A stretch of 64,000 nt of DNA from Endomicrobiales bacterium (GTDB lineage: Bacteria; Elusimicrobiota; Endomicrobiia; Endomicrobiales; CAWCFT01): positions 1-64,000 of the forward strand of contig CAWCFT010000016.1 in assembly GCA_963794945.1 (NCBI GenBank), given 5' to 3'. The notes beneath the pieces were generated by a model that saw nothing but the letters and a program-made list of their open reading frames with translations, was not told the DNA's origin and did no database searches. Positions 53,879 to 64,000 of the stretch are shown one piece after another. A program made the translations under genes and the position numbers. Numbering within the stretch: the stretch's first letter is position 1; the number at the start of each line of letters is the position of its first letter.

Positions 53879-54700
53879 TTACCTGCTAACTGCCAACTCT
53901 TTTAGTGCTAATTCTAACTGCTCTTTATTTGGCGCCTTGCCGTGCCAGTCGGCGCTGTTTTCCATAAAAGATACGCCTTTGCCTTTTATTGTATGAGCGA
54001 TTATGGCCGTTGGCTTTCCTTTGGTATTGCGGGCTGTCTCAAACGCGCCTATGACCTCGTTCAAATCATGTCCGTTTATCTCGAGCGTGTTCCAGCCGAA
54101 CGAGCGGTATTTTTCGGAGATGGGTTCAATGTTCATTACTTCGCCGACTTTCCCATCGATCTGCAGTCCGTTCAAGTCTACTATGCCGCAGAGATTGTCG
54201 AGCTTGAAATGGCCAGCCGACATAGCTGCTTCCCATATAGAACCTTCCTGCTGCTCGCCATCCCCCATAAGAACGTATACGCGATTGGGCTTATTCTCTC
54301 TCTTATGCCCGAGCGCGGCCCCGACGCCTATAGATAATCCGTACCCGAGCGACCCTGTAGAAACCTCAATGCCCGGTACATTCTTGTCTTTTGACGGGTG
54401 GCCCTGCGGCCGGCTGCCGGTTTTACGCAGGGTGCATAGTTCGGACGACTCGATGCAATGCAACTGTGCCAGAACGGCGTAAAGTACTGGGCACGCGTGG
54501 CCTTTTGAAAGTATAAAATAATCTCTGCAGGGATCCTGCGGTTTATTTGAGGAAAAATTCATTTCCTTGAAATACAGCGCGACCACTATCTCTACCGCTG
54601 AAAGACTTCCGCCCGGGTGCCCTGAGCCTGCCTGAGCTATCATAGTGATAATGTCTTTTCTTACGTTTAATGCGATCTCCTTCAGTTGCTCTGTCTCCAC
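53879..54700 (-). CDS. tkt: Transketolase, N-terminal (TPP-binding) subunit
   Basis: SGHPGGSLS, LSKGHA, TGSLG, GDGEQQEG, NGLQIDG, WHGKAP. Confidence 0.93.
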   Translation of the reverse strand: METEQLKEIALNVRKDIITMIAQAGSGHPGGSLSAVEIVVALYFKEMNFSSNKPQDPCRDYFILSKGHACPVLYAVLAQLHCIESSELCTLRKTGSRPQGHPSKDKNVPGIEVSTGSLGYGLSIGVGAALGHKRENKPNRVYVLMGDGEQQEGSIWEAAMSAGHFKLDNLCGIVDLNGLQIDGKVGEVMNIEPISEKYRSFGWNTLEINGHDLNEVIGAFETARNTKGKPTAIIAHTIKGKGVSFMENSADWHGKAPNKEQLELALKELAVSR

Positions 54701-54749
54701 TTTTGTTCCTCCGCTTATTTTGGGGTATTTAATGCTTTAAATAAAAACC

Positions 54750-57700
54750 TTACTCCGTCTCGGTGCTTTCGCCGTGTTTTCTTTTGAAATCTTTTTCCGG
54801 CGACACCGGGGATACAGTGCTTGTTTCTTCTTTTTCCGACGTCTCGATTTCTTGCCTGAAATCCCTAAGCTCTGTCTTAGCTCTTGGAATAACAAACTGG
54901 AAGTTGGCCCCGCTATTGGGCTCACTCTCTACCCATATCTGCCCGCCGTGCATCTCTACAATGGACTTGACTATCGCAAGGCCGAGGCCCGTGCCCGAGC
55001 TCGCACGAGTTATGCCGGAATCCACCTGGTAAAATTTTTCGAATACCTTCTTCTGGTCTTTCTTGTCGATCCCGATGCCGGTATCAGCGACCGAAAAAAG
55101 CACGAAATCTCCCCTGTCCATAGCAGAAACAGTTATCATACCTCCGGCCGGTGTGAATTTTATGGAGTTGACCACGAGGTTATCGAAAACTTGAATGAGC
55201 CGCTGCCGATCTGCTTGTATCATAGGGAATGTCTCGGGTATGTGCGCGGTGAGCTTGAGTTTTTTGTTGGCAGCTTCCGCTGCCAGGTTAGTTATTACCG
55301 TAGAGACTATCTCTTTAGGATCGACAGGCCCCATTTGCAGTTTCAGCTGACCCGACTCGATGCTCGAAATATCCAGTAGGTCTGTTATAAGCACCGTCAG
55401 CCGGTCTATAGACTGGTCGGCTATTTGAAGGAACTTTTTCTGCTGGTTATTCAAATCGCCCGCCTCGCCGCCGAGCACGACCTTAACGAATCCCTTGACA
55501 GCCGTTAGAGGGGTCCTCAGCTCATGCGAGACCATAGAAATAAACTCGTTCTTTATCTGGTTAAGCTGTTCAAGCTCGTTCTTGGTTTCTCTTAATGAAT
55601 TATAAAGCTGGGCGTTGCCTATAATGATCGCCGCCTGGTGGGCTATGAGGATCGCAAGCTTTAAATGGTCGTTAGTGTAGCAGTTGGCCTTGTGCCTGCC
55701 TATCCTTAAGACGCCTATGACACGGTTTTCGGCGCGAAGAGGAACAAGTATAAGCGACCTCACATCCCAAAGCTTTGAAGTCTGGCTCTTTATACGCGGA
55801 TCGAGCGAAGCGTCCGGGCTGAGGAAAGGCTCGCCAGAGCGGAAGACCTGGGCAGAATGCGAATTGATGTCGTCGGTTTTAATGCGTAGCAGCACGGCCT
55901 CGTCCCCGCCAGTGAAATACGCTCCCTGCTGGGTCACAAGTTCGTTATTTTTTTCATCAAATATCAGCAATGCGCAGAGGTCGGCATCAAACGCACGGGT
56001 AGTGGTCGAGATCACCTTTTTAATTGTCTTATCCCAAACAGGTTCGCTGGATATCGCCGAAGATATCTCCTGCAGCACCGTCAGATCGGAAACCCTCCGC
56101 TCGAGCTCGTGGTAAAGCCTGACGTTGTCTATTATGCCGGAAGCCCTGTCGGCGATAAGTTCCAAAATCCTCAGGTCATCCTGCGTGAACGGCGAACCGA
56201 ACTTGTTGGCGACACCAAGCACCCCTATGTTCTTTTTCCCCGAGCGTAATGGCACTAGCACTAGCGAGTGCACACTAAAAAGGTTAGCAAGTATCGGTAT
56301 GGCCGCCGCTGCTTCAGTCGGATCGTTGAACATGTGGTTCTTTCCTTCCTGAAGAACCGACTCCAGCGCCTTCACTTCATTTAAATGAAAATGCAGGTGT
56401 GAAAAGTCTTTGTCTTTTATTCCGAAGAACGGCGCGCAGGGTATCATCTCGTTCGATTCCGGGACGTATAGGAACAGGCCCACTGACTGTGTGCTTAGCA
56501 GGTCCTTTATCTTGTCCACTATCATCTCGAGTATTTCTTGAAGGTTTATTTTTGTCGCCGCGTACGCTGCTATATCAGAAAGGGCCTTCATCTCCCTGAC
56601 CTTATGTATGAGGCGCGAGTTGGTCTGGATAAGCTCGCGGGTGGTTATTGAAACCTCGGTCTCCAGCCTGCGGTTGAGTTCCTGAACTCTCTCGTAAAGC
56701 TGAGAGTTGCGCAGCGCTATACCAAGATACTTGGCTAATGTAGAAATAGTATTGACCCTGTCTTCGTTGAAGAATTTCTTTTCCGGCGTCCCAACGCTGA
56801 GCACCCCGACGCATTTGGCTTCCACAAGCAGCGGTATATGCATGGAGGAATGCATACCTTCGTTTTCCAGCAGAAGCTTGTCCATGACCGAATCGGTATT
56901 CTCTAAGTCGTCATTGACTATTATAAGGCATTTCTGGTAAGCCTGACCTATCTGCCCTTCACCGGACCTTAGGTGAATGAGCTTGGCGTAATCCGGAGAG
57001 AGCCCTCTGTAGGATTTGACCCTCAAGAAACCGTCCTCTCCCGGCAGGGTTACAAAACATGCCGAATCGTGGAATTTTTTCCTTATCACATCGAGCACTA
57101 TACCGAATATCTCGTTGACCTCTATGTGCGACGTCAGGGTTTGTGACACAGAAAAAAGCATCTTGAGAGTCGCGTTAGTGTCGTAAGCTTTTTCATTGAG
57201 GCTGTTGAGCTTGAAGAACATCTCGCGCCACTCTCTGTGCTGGGCGCCGGCATCTAGGGTCGCGTTCTCATCTTTTTCAAAGCTTTCCGTGAATTTCTGC
57301 AGTTTCATTAGCGGCAGGTAAAGATGCTTACGCAGGTAGAAAGAGACTGAGGATAATACAAGCACGAGCCAAAAAACGATCGCGGCCTGCTATGATGAAC
57401 AGGTTCCTGTCCCTTGTCATCTCTTTGAAAATGAACTCCGGCGCAGGCCAGATCTTAAGCCATCCGGCTATTTTTCCGTTCTCAGCTATAGGGAGTTTTG
57501 TGAAAAGCTGCGAAATGATCTGCTCGCGTTTCTGGGGGCCCCGCGCGAAAATGATCTTGCCTTTTTCGTTCGCGACCGCCGACATTACTATTTCCTGCTG
57601 GCGTGATAATTTGTCAAGTACCGACTTGATCTGCTGGCGGTTTGGTTTTTCGGATATCATCCCGTATAGCACTTCGGTAGAGGAAGAACAGATTGGGGCA

Positions 57701-57816
57701 AAATATCTTGTGAGGAGCGATTGTATGTAAAGATAACCACAGCAGGCGAAAACCGCGTTTATAAGCACCAGGATGAGCGCCACGTAGGCAATATATTTAA
57801 ATATCAGCTTCTTCAT
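54750..57816 (-). CDS. Membrane sensor histidine kinase with three GAF domains; frameshift near 57380
   Basis: Joins 57328..57816 (TM plus periplasmic) and 54750..57365 (3 GAF, SHELRTPL, NLVVNSIKFT, DTGIGI, GTGLGL). Confidence 0.9.
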
Positions 57817-59669
57817 TATAATTTGTGTTTCAAAAGCGTTATATCGAGAGCGAGGTTAAGGTATCTGTAGTCCTTGTTGAGCTCGGCCCAAGGAACAAGC
57901 TGAAGCGAGACCTTTTCGTCGTCCATGACCGTGGATAACAGGTTCGCAAAATCCTCGGCGTCCATTGCTGATTCCAGAGGCGGACCAAGAACTATCGCTA
58001 TCCCAACGTTGTTCGTCTTGCAAAGTTCAGTAAAGAACTGGTAGTTTATCTTCCCAGTGAACGCGTAGGCGCGCTCGAATATGCCTTCCAGCCTGAATTT
58101 CAGTTTATGCTTTTTTATAACATCGCGGAAGCGGTCTTTGATCTTTACAAGTTCCTCGTCTTTGCCCTCCGGATAGAAGAAAGCAACATCAACACTCTTC
58201 AGATTTGCCTCTGACGGGTCCCTCACCTGAGGAGCGGTGGGTTTTGGCGCGGCGGGTTTGGACTGCTGTATAACGATCAATGGCTCTGGCTCGGATTTTG
58301 CTGCGATGCGGGCTGGTTCCTGGCGCAGTGGCTCTGCAATAACGGGCGCAACAGGAGGCGTAGGCTCTTGCGCCGGCTCAGCAACAGGTATATTCATTTC
58401 AACAACTGGAGGCTGGTATACGGCTTGGGCTTTCTGGGCCGGAAACTGAGGCATAGCCAACTCTTCGGATTCTTCCACCGGAAGCAGGTCCGCCATAAGA
58501 CTGTGGACCAGCTCCATGTCCACATCCTGGTGAGTTAGCGCAGCGTACGCATTTATCCTTTTTAGGAAGCCTTCCAGTTCCCTGATATTGGATTTGAGCT
58601 TTGAGGCGATGTAGAGCAGGATATTATCGTTAAGCCTTAGCTTTTCAACTTCTTCCTTTTTCTTGAGTATCGCGACCCTCGTCTCGAGATTCGGCGATTT
58701 TATATCGGCTATCAGGCCCCATTCGAAACGTGACCGGAGCCTGTCCTCGAGAGTTGTCAGGTGTTTTGGCGGCCTGTCGGAAGTTATTATTATCTGCTTT
58801 CCACTCTGATGAAGCACGTTGAATGTATGGAAGAATTCTTCCTGCGTGGATTCAGACTCAACTAGGAACTGTATGTCGTCAACAAGCAGGAGGTCAATGT
58901 TGCGGTAGTGGTCGCGCATACGCTGAAGCTGGCCCGAACGTATGGAGTCTATAACCTCGCCCATAAATTTCTCGGTAGTAACATAGAGCACTCTCGACGC
59001 AGGGTTTTTCTTTCTCACGTAATGGCCAACGGCATTCATCATGTGGGTCTCGCCGAGGCCCACTCCGCCGTAAATAAAGAAAGGATTGTATATCTTGCCT
59101 GGGTTGTCAGCTACCGCCTGTGTGGTGGCGGTAAAGCGGTTATTGGGCCCGATAACGAATTCTTCGAAAGTGTACCTTGGGTTGAGCTCGAGGTCCAGAA
59201 ACCCTTCGTGCCCGTCCGACCCGGAGTATACTATCCTTTCCTGAGCCGGGTTGGCTGCCAAGGGCTGCGCCGCCAGCGCCGCTTCCCTGATCTTTGGCTC
59301 TGCTGCGTTCTCATGAAGTTTCTTTATTTCGGCGGTTTCCTGGTCAGCGGTAACGCTGCTCATGCTTCTGGCGACTTTTTCCAGGGCCGAATCAAGCTCG
59401 TTGTCTTTTGACGGGCCTTCGATTATGCCGTCCGCGCATTTATTCTTGAGGTCGACCGCCAGTTTTTTAATGGATTCTTCATTAGCATCGTAGATATACA
59501 AGCCAAAATCGTAGTCGTCTTTTTCCAGCAGGAAAGGCCTGCCTACGGTGCCAGGGATTGTATTTATCAGCGACATCAGCTCGCGTTCATCTATCTTAAG
59601 TCTCAAGAGCCATCTGTTCTTATCTTTTTCAGTTGGCGTTAAAGAAAGTTTCCATCTAGTTAGGCTCAT
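57816..59669 (-). CDS. DnaA-family AAA+ protein with non-canonical N and C termini (no domain IV)
   Basis: LNPRYTFEEFV, YNPFFIYGGVGLGETH, LLVDDIQF, QEEFFHTFN, RLRSRFEWGL, NIRELEG; then a Pro-rich linker and an unrelated ~130-aa alpha/beta domain. Confidence 0.85.
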   Translation of the reverse strand: MSLTRWKLSLTPTEKDKNRWLLRLKIDERELMSLINTIPGTVGRPFLLEKDDYDFGLYIYDANEESIKKLAVDLKNKCADGIIEGPSKDNELDSALEKVARSMSSVTADQETAEIKKLHENAAEPKIREAALAAQPLAANPAQERIVYSGSDGHEGFLDLELNPRYTFEEFVIGPNNRFTATTQAVADNPGKIYNPFFIYGGVGLGETHMMNAVGHYVRKKNPASRVLYVTTEKFMGEVIDSIRSGQLQRMRDHYRNIDLLLVDDIQFLVESESTQEEFFHTFNVLHQSGKQIIITSDRPPKHLTTLEDRLRSRFEWGLIADIKSPNLETRVAILKKKEEVEKLRLNDNILLYIASKLKSNIRELEGFLKRINAYAALTHQDVDMELVHSLMADLLPVEESEELAMPQFPAQKAQAVYQPPVVEMNIPVAEPAQEPTPPVAPVIAEPLRQEPARIAAKSEPEPLIVIQQSKPAAPKPTAPQVRDPSEANLKSVDVAFFYPEGKDEELVKIKDRFRDVIKKHKLKFRLEGIFERAYAFTGKINYQFFTELCKTNNVGIAIVLGPPLESAMDAEDFANLLSTVMDDEKVSLQLVPWAELNKDYRYLNLALDITLLKHKL

Positions 59670-59734
59670 TATGCCCCTGTTTCCTTATCCGTGGGAACGG
59701 AATCGTAAATTTTAAAAACTTGCCTGGGTTCCTG

Positions 59735-60810
59735 TTATTCAGCTGAGTTTATGCCTTTTAAATTGAGTGTCATATCATCCGGGTTCGTCGCCTTATCCAG
59801 CGCTTCTTCGACGGTAATCGTACCATTTTTGAACATGTTCAGCAGGTCGGCATCAAAAGTATGCATGCCGTAATACCCGCCCTGGTCTATGGCCTTGTAA
59901 ACCTCACCGAACTTGCCTTCAGCTATAAGTTTTTTTACTAAAGATGTGCCCATAAGTATCTTGGTCGCGGGCAGACGGCCCTGTCCATCCTTCTGTGTGA
60001 CTAGCCTCTGGGCAACTATACCCTTTACAACATTTGCAAACTGCGAGCGCACGGATGCCTGCTGGTGCGGAGGGTAGGAATCCACTATCCTGTCTATCGT
60101 TTGCGACGCATCCATTGTGTGGATAGTAGAAAGCACAAGATGACCGGTCTCAGCGGCCGTTATAGCGGAGGATATAGCTTCAAAGTCCCGCATCTCGCCT
60201 ATAACAACTACGTCCGGGTCCTGTTCTGAGCGCGTATTTGAGCGCGCGCGCGTAGGATTTTGTGTCGAGCCCGACTTCCCTCTGCGAGATGGACGACTTT
60301 TTGTCCTTGTGATAGTATTCTATTTGGGTCTTCAACAGTAACTATGTTGTAGCAGAAATTTTCGTTAATGTAATCGAGTATTGAGTTCATTGTCGTAGTC
60401 TTGCCGGCCCCGGTAACGCCTGTGATAAGGATGAGCCCGCGCTGGTCAGAAGCGAGTTTCTTAAGCGGTTCAGCAGGAAGGTTGAGCTCTTCAAAAGTCT
60501 TTACCTTGAGCGGCACAACCCTTAACGTCAGAGCTGTTGTTCCTCTCTGCCTGTAAACGTTTATCCTGAACCTTGAGATCTCATCAATGGAATGTGCGAA
60601 ATCGAGTTCGAGATCCGAATCGAAGGCTTTTCTCTGTTCGGGGCTCATCAGCGAATCTGCAAGTTCTTCAATGTTTTTGGCACTGAACGCATCTAGCCCC
60701 GCTGTTGTGAGTTTGCCGTTAAGGCGCAGTAGCGGCGCTGACCCACTTTTGAAATGGATATCGGATATACCTTTCTTTACCATAAGTTGAAGCAGTTCAT
60801 TTACGTTCAT
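59735..60810 (-). CDS. pilT: PilT/PilU type IV pilus retraction ATPase; two frameshifts (near 60323 and 60224)
   Basis: [31 protein letters not shown]; rejoined IEY...QREVG...[26 protein letters not shown]. Confidence 0.9.
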
Positions 60811-61482
60811 TTTCTCTACCTCTGCATGCTTCCCTGGCTATCACTACCGAGTTCGATGTCCCGATCCTTGAGGCTCCGGCCTTGACCATACTCAAAAGAT
60901 CACGAAGGCTCTTGATGCCTCCGGCGGCTTTTACTCCCATCGAACTTCCCACCGTTTCGCGCATAAGCCTTACATCCGAGGCTTTCGCTCCTCCTCCAGA
61001 AAACCCCGTTGAGGTTTTAACAAAATCCGCTCCTGCACTTTTCGCTGCAAGGCACGCCTTCACTTTTTCTTTTCTAGAAAGAAGGCTGGCTTCAATTATT
61101 ACCTTGAGCGTTTTGCCGCCGACGGATGACCTCACCTTTCTTATTTCATCAAGAACAAGTTCATAGTTGCCTGACTTTAGGGCCCCGATGTTAACGACCA
61201 TGTCTATTTCATCGGCGCCGTTCGAGACCGCCTCTCCGGCTTCAAAAGCCTTTGCATCAGCGGTTGAGGCGCCCAGCGGAAAACCAGCCACGGAACATAT
61301 TTTGACACCGGAACCTTTTAACAGGCCGGCGCTATACTTGACGTTGGCGGGATTTACGCAGACCGAGTGGAACCCGTATCTCCTGGCCTCGCGTGAAAAG
61401 CTTCCGTAAGTTCTGCCCGGCCGGCGCCGGGCTTGAGCAACGTGTGGTCAATGAGCTTGGCGGCGCCAGATATGTTTTTCAT
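60797..61482 (-). CDS. deoC: Deoxyribose-phosphate aldolase; frameshift near 61410
   Basis: ATG 61482 gives LIDHTLLKP; downstream GFPLG, DEIDMV, KVIIE, FVKTSTG, KAAGGI, RIGTS. Confidence 0.93.
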
Positions 61483-61493
61483 TTCAAATTTAC

Positions 61494-61961
61494 TTATTTC
61501 TTTTGAGCCAGACCGCATATCCTGTTCTCTATCTCAGATATGTTCGATACCCGTTTCCTGTGCCTTTCTTCTGTGCTCGCGGGGGTCCTAAGCCAGGTGT
61601 CTATGAACCCGATGAGCCCGTCAGTAGTGGCGAACCTGCCGGGAAGACAGATTATGTTGGCGTCATTGTGCTGGGAAATAAGTTTTGCGATGTCATTATT
61701 CCAACACACCGCAGCCCGTACACCAGGGAATTTATTAGCGGTGATAGACATGCCTATTCCCGTCCCGCAGATGAGCACTCCTTTATCATACAGCCTTTTA
61801 GAAACACCCTCGGCTACAGCAGCGGCGAATTCGGTATAGTCACAGCTAGCGTTCCAGCACGATCCCATATCGGCAACTGTGTGACCGAGCCCGTGAAGAA
61901 AATCCAGCACTTTTTCCCTGTGCTCGAAACCGGCGTGGTCGCAGCCGAAAGCTATTTTCAT
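61494..61961 (-). CDS. rpiB: Ribose-5-phosphate isomerase B, copy 2
   Basis: GCDHAG, ICGTGIGMSITANK, HNDAN, RHRKRV. Confidence 0.93.
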   Translation of the reverse strand: MKIAFGCDHAGFEHREKVLDFLHGLGHTVADMGSCWNASCDYTEFAAAVAEGVSKRLYDKGVLICGTGIGMSITANKFPGVRAAVCWNNDIAKLISQHNDANIICLPGRFATTDGLIGFIDTWLRTPASTEERHRKRVSNISEIENRICGLAQKK

Positions 61962-62000
61962 TTCCTCTCTCCAAATCTTATCTTCCCGTAAGAAACGGGA

Positions 62001-62381
62001 TCAATTGTATTTTTTGTTAATGAAGCCGTCCTGCTCTGCCCTCAGCTTCATGATGAATTCGCCAAGCTCGGCGCGTTCGTTTGTGCCGAGGTCTACGAAC
62101 TGGGCTCCGTAGATCGATTCGTTCTGGTTATTTCCCTTGTTTTCCATGTGACAGATCTTTGCCACACATTTAAGCTTCATTCCATTAGGGAGCGTCACAT
62201 CTAGGCCTATATCATCGCCTATGCTGAATTCCGGGCTGCAGATGAACTTCACTCCGCCAAGTGATACATCAACGACTTTGCCCACCAGCACGAGCAGTAT
62301 GCCCGAGACCAGCCTAACCTGCCCGCCTGGAAGGAAAATACGGATGTGTTTACGCCGCTCCTCGCCTTTCAACATGGACAT
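62001..62381 (-). CDS. PilZ domain (c-di-GMP-binding) protein
   Basis: ERRKHIR (RxxxR) and DVSLGG (DxSxxG) motifs. Confidence 0.88.
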   Translation of the reverse strand: MSMLKGEERRKHIRIFLPGGQVRLVSGILLVLVGKVVDVSLGGVKFICSPEFSIGDDIGLDVTLPNGMKLKCVAKICHMENKGNNQNESIYGAQFVDLGTNERAELGEFIMKLRAEQDGFINKKYN

Positions 62382-62392
62382 TTCACCTCGGA

Positions 62393-62977
62393 TCAGAGAA
62401 TAATTGCCTTGTCACCGTTCTTTAGTCCTGCCGCATTCGCTTCGTCTATATCCACATGGCATTCCAGCGACATTTTTTCACTGACGCGCGCCACAACATT
62501 CTCAAATATAAGCCCGCGCTCGCCGGAACATTTTATGCTTAGGAGGTCGCCGTCTTTAATCTTGTAGAACGACGCGTCAACAGGGGTCATGTGTATGTGC
62601 CGCTTGGCCACGATACACCCTTCTTTGAGGTCTACCGACCCCGCGGGCCCGGTTATCTTTACAGGAGATGAACCGGAGATGTCGCCCGACCCTCTCACCG
62701 GCGCCTTAAGCCCTGTTTTTACGGCGTCACCGATAGATATCTCCACCTGCGTGAACTTGCGAAGCGGTCCGAGCACCCTTACCTTGTCTATCTCACCCTT
62801 AGGCCCTGATATTTTGACCGTTTCATTGCAGGCGTGCTCGCCCGGCTGCACGAGGTCTTTGATCTTTGTCAGTTTGTACCCTTTGCCAAAAAGGCTTTCC
62901 ATGTCCTTCTCACAAAGATGGATGTGCCGGTTGGACGAGTTGACCGTTACCGGCCTTTCTGCTCTTGAGTTTTCCAA
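62393..62977 (-). CDS. pduL: PduL-type phosphate acyltransferase (phosphotransacetylase/propanoyltransferase)
   Basis: SNRHIHL, VRVLGPLR, KRHIHM, HVDIDEANA. Confidence 0.93.
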   Translation of the reverse strand: MENSRAERPVTVNSSNRHIHLCEKDMESLFGKGYKLTKIKDLVQPGEHACNETVKISGPKGEIDKVRVLGPLRKFTQVEISIGDAVKTGLKAPVRGSGDISGSSPVKITGPAGSVDLKEGCIVAKRHIHMTPVDASFYKIKDGDLLSIKCSGERGLIFENVVARVSEKMSLECHVDIDEANAAGLKNGDKAIIL

Positions 62978-63035
62978 TTTATGTTCCTTTCACTCCGACT
63001 AATTATTTTTAATTGAACGTCATGAATTCAGGATA

Positions 63036-63791
63036 TCAATACTTGACCAGTTTTGTGAACGATTCTATCTCCAGGCTCGCACCGCCCACCAGCGCTCCGT
63101 CAACGTTTGGCTGTTTCATTATCTCGGCCACGTTGTCGGGTTTTACAGATCCGCCGTACAATATCCTTATGCTCTTGGCAGCCGTTTCGCCGTACATCTG
63201 AGAATAGAGTTTGCGTATATACGCGTGAACCTCTTCCGCCTGCTGAGGCGACGCGGTTTTGCCGGTCCCTATAGCCCATACCGGCTCGTAAGCTATGACC
63301 AGCGTCTTCGCCTGGTCCGGCGTTAGGCCAGCAATACCGTCCTTTATCTGTTTCTCCAGCACTGTAAAAGTAGTGCCGCCTTCTCTCTCGGCCAACATCT
63401 CTCCTACGCAGACTATCGGCACAAGCCCCGCCGCGAACGCGGCTTTCATGCGCTTGTTGACAGTCTGGTCGGTCTCGGAAAAATACTGGCGTCTTTCCGA
63501 GTGCCCGACAATGGCGTATTTGCATCCAGTGTCAACTATCATAGACGGGGCAACCTCTCCCGTAAATGCTCCCTTCGTTTCCCAAAAAATGTTCTGTGAC
63601 CCGACCGAAATATTAGAGCCTTTGAGCGCCTGCGCCACGGCATAAAGCGCCGTAAAAGGCGGGCACACGAGTATCTCCCTGTCGTTGATACCGGCAAGGT
63701 TCTTCTTGAGGCCCTCAACAAGTGTCAGTGCCTCCGGGATGGTTTTGAACAACTTCCAGTTTCCAGCGATGAGCGGTTTTCTGTCAGCCAA
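63036..63791 (-). CDS. tpiA: Triosephosphate isomerase
   Basis: AGNWK, GAFTGE, GHSERR, AYEPVWAIGTG, YGGSV, LVGGASL. Confidence 0.97.
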   Translation of the reverse strand: MADRKPLIAGNWKLFKTIPEALTLVEGLKKNLAGINDREILVCPPFTALYAVAQALKGSNISVGSQNIFWETKGAFTGEVAPSMIVDTGCKYAIVGHSERRQYFSETDQTVNKRMKAAFAAGLVPIVCVGEMLAEREGGTTFTVLEKQIKDGIAGLTPDQAKTLVIAYEPVWAIGTGKTASPQQAEEVHAYIRKLYSQMYGETAAKSIRILYGGSVKPDNVAEIMKQPNVDGALVGGASLEIESFTKLVKY

Positions 63792-64000
63792 AGTAGTACT
63801 CCTTTCGATAAAATATGATGTGTAAATACGCTAATAAATATAGCAGTTTTTGAATGATTAATCAAGTGAGATTTAGGCTGGGTTTCAGTAATTATTTATT
63901 GGTTAGAGGCCGGCATGAATATGGAGTTTTTAAATGAGTGTTTTCCAATAATTTGGTTTATCCCTAGATGAACTTTCTGTTGATCCCGGGGCGGGGAGAC

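Noticed and set aside
57816..59735. Canonical dnaA/oriC locus
   Set aside because: No domain IV, no dnaN/recF/gyrB neighbours, and no DnaA-box cluster or sizeable intergenic region beside the gene.
6575..61482. About 16 split genes read as pseudogenes or programmed frameshifts
   Set aside because: Breaks are single-base indels, mostly in short homopolymers, spread evenly and hitting housekeeping genes (deoC, pilT, punA, ade) without other decay. Sequencing or assembly error is the simplest explanation; read polishing would decide.
424..63645. Numerous plus-strand ORFs in the six-frame track
   Set aside because: They are antisense shadows of well-supported minus-strand genes and show no recognisable motifs.

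Overview
A 64 kb bacterial window in which every credible gene lies on the minus strand. The gene mix (PorV/TPR barrel, FlgD-Ig/T9SS-like C-terminal domain cargo, 7TM-GAF kinases, PduL, stand-alone FliG-like protein) suggests an Elusimicrobiota-like organism, but that is inference. About 16 genes are split by single-base indels, mostly in short homopolymer runs. This points to long-read assembly error rather than real pseudogenes, so I rejoined the pieces by eye. Left to right: (1) a carbohydrate block (glgP, pgm, tal, rpiB) plus an OMP, a TIM-barrel protein and a Fic protein, ending at a lone 5' half of tRNA-Lys(CTT); (2) an envelope locus encoding a ~3,700-aa repetitive surface protein with an FlgD-Ig-type sorting tail, a PorV-family barrel fused to TPRs, a TolB-like/FN3 lipoprotein, and a single polypeptide joining a FliF-like ring domain to FliG middle and C domains, with no flagellar genes in the window; (3) a nucleotidyltransferase pair, an ATP-cone/uridine kinase, a poly-CxxC Zn-finger membrane protein, kinases and a Na/Pi cotransporter; (4) a long nucleoside/DNA salvage cluster (cdd, pfkB, mtnP, recJ, pdp, punA, deoB, ade, tkt, deoC, rpiB, pduL, tpiA). 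The cluster is interrupted by a type III R-M plus ParB-like cassette and interleaved with pilT, a PilZ protein, a GAF kinase and a DnaA paralogue lacking its DNA-binding domain. The best candidate for a new system is the FliF-FliG fusion locus with PorV-TPR, TolB-like and giant cargo genes.
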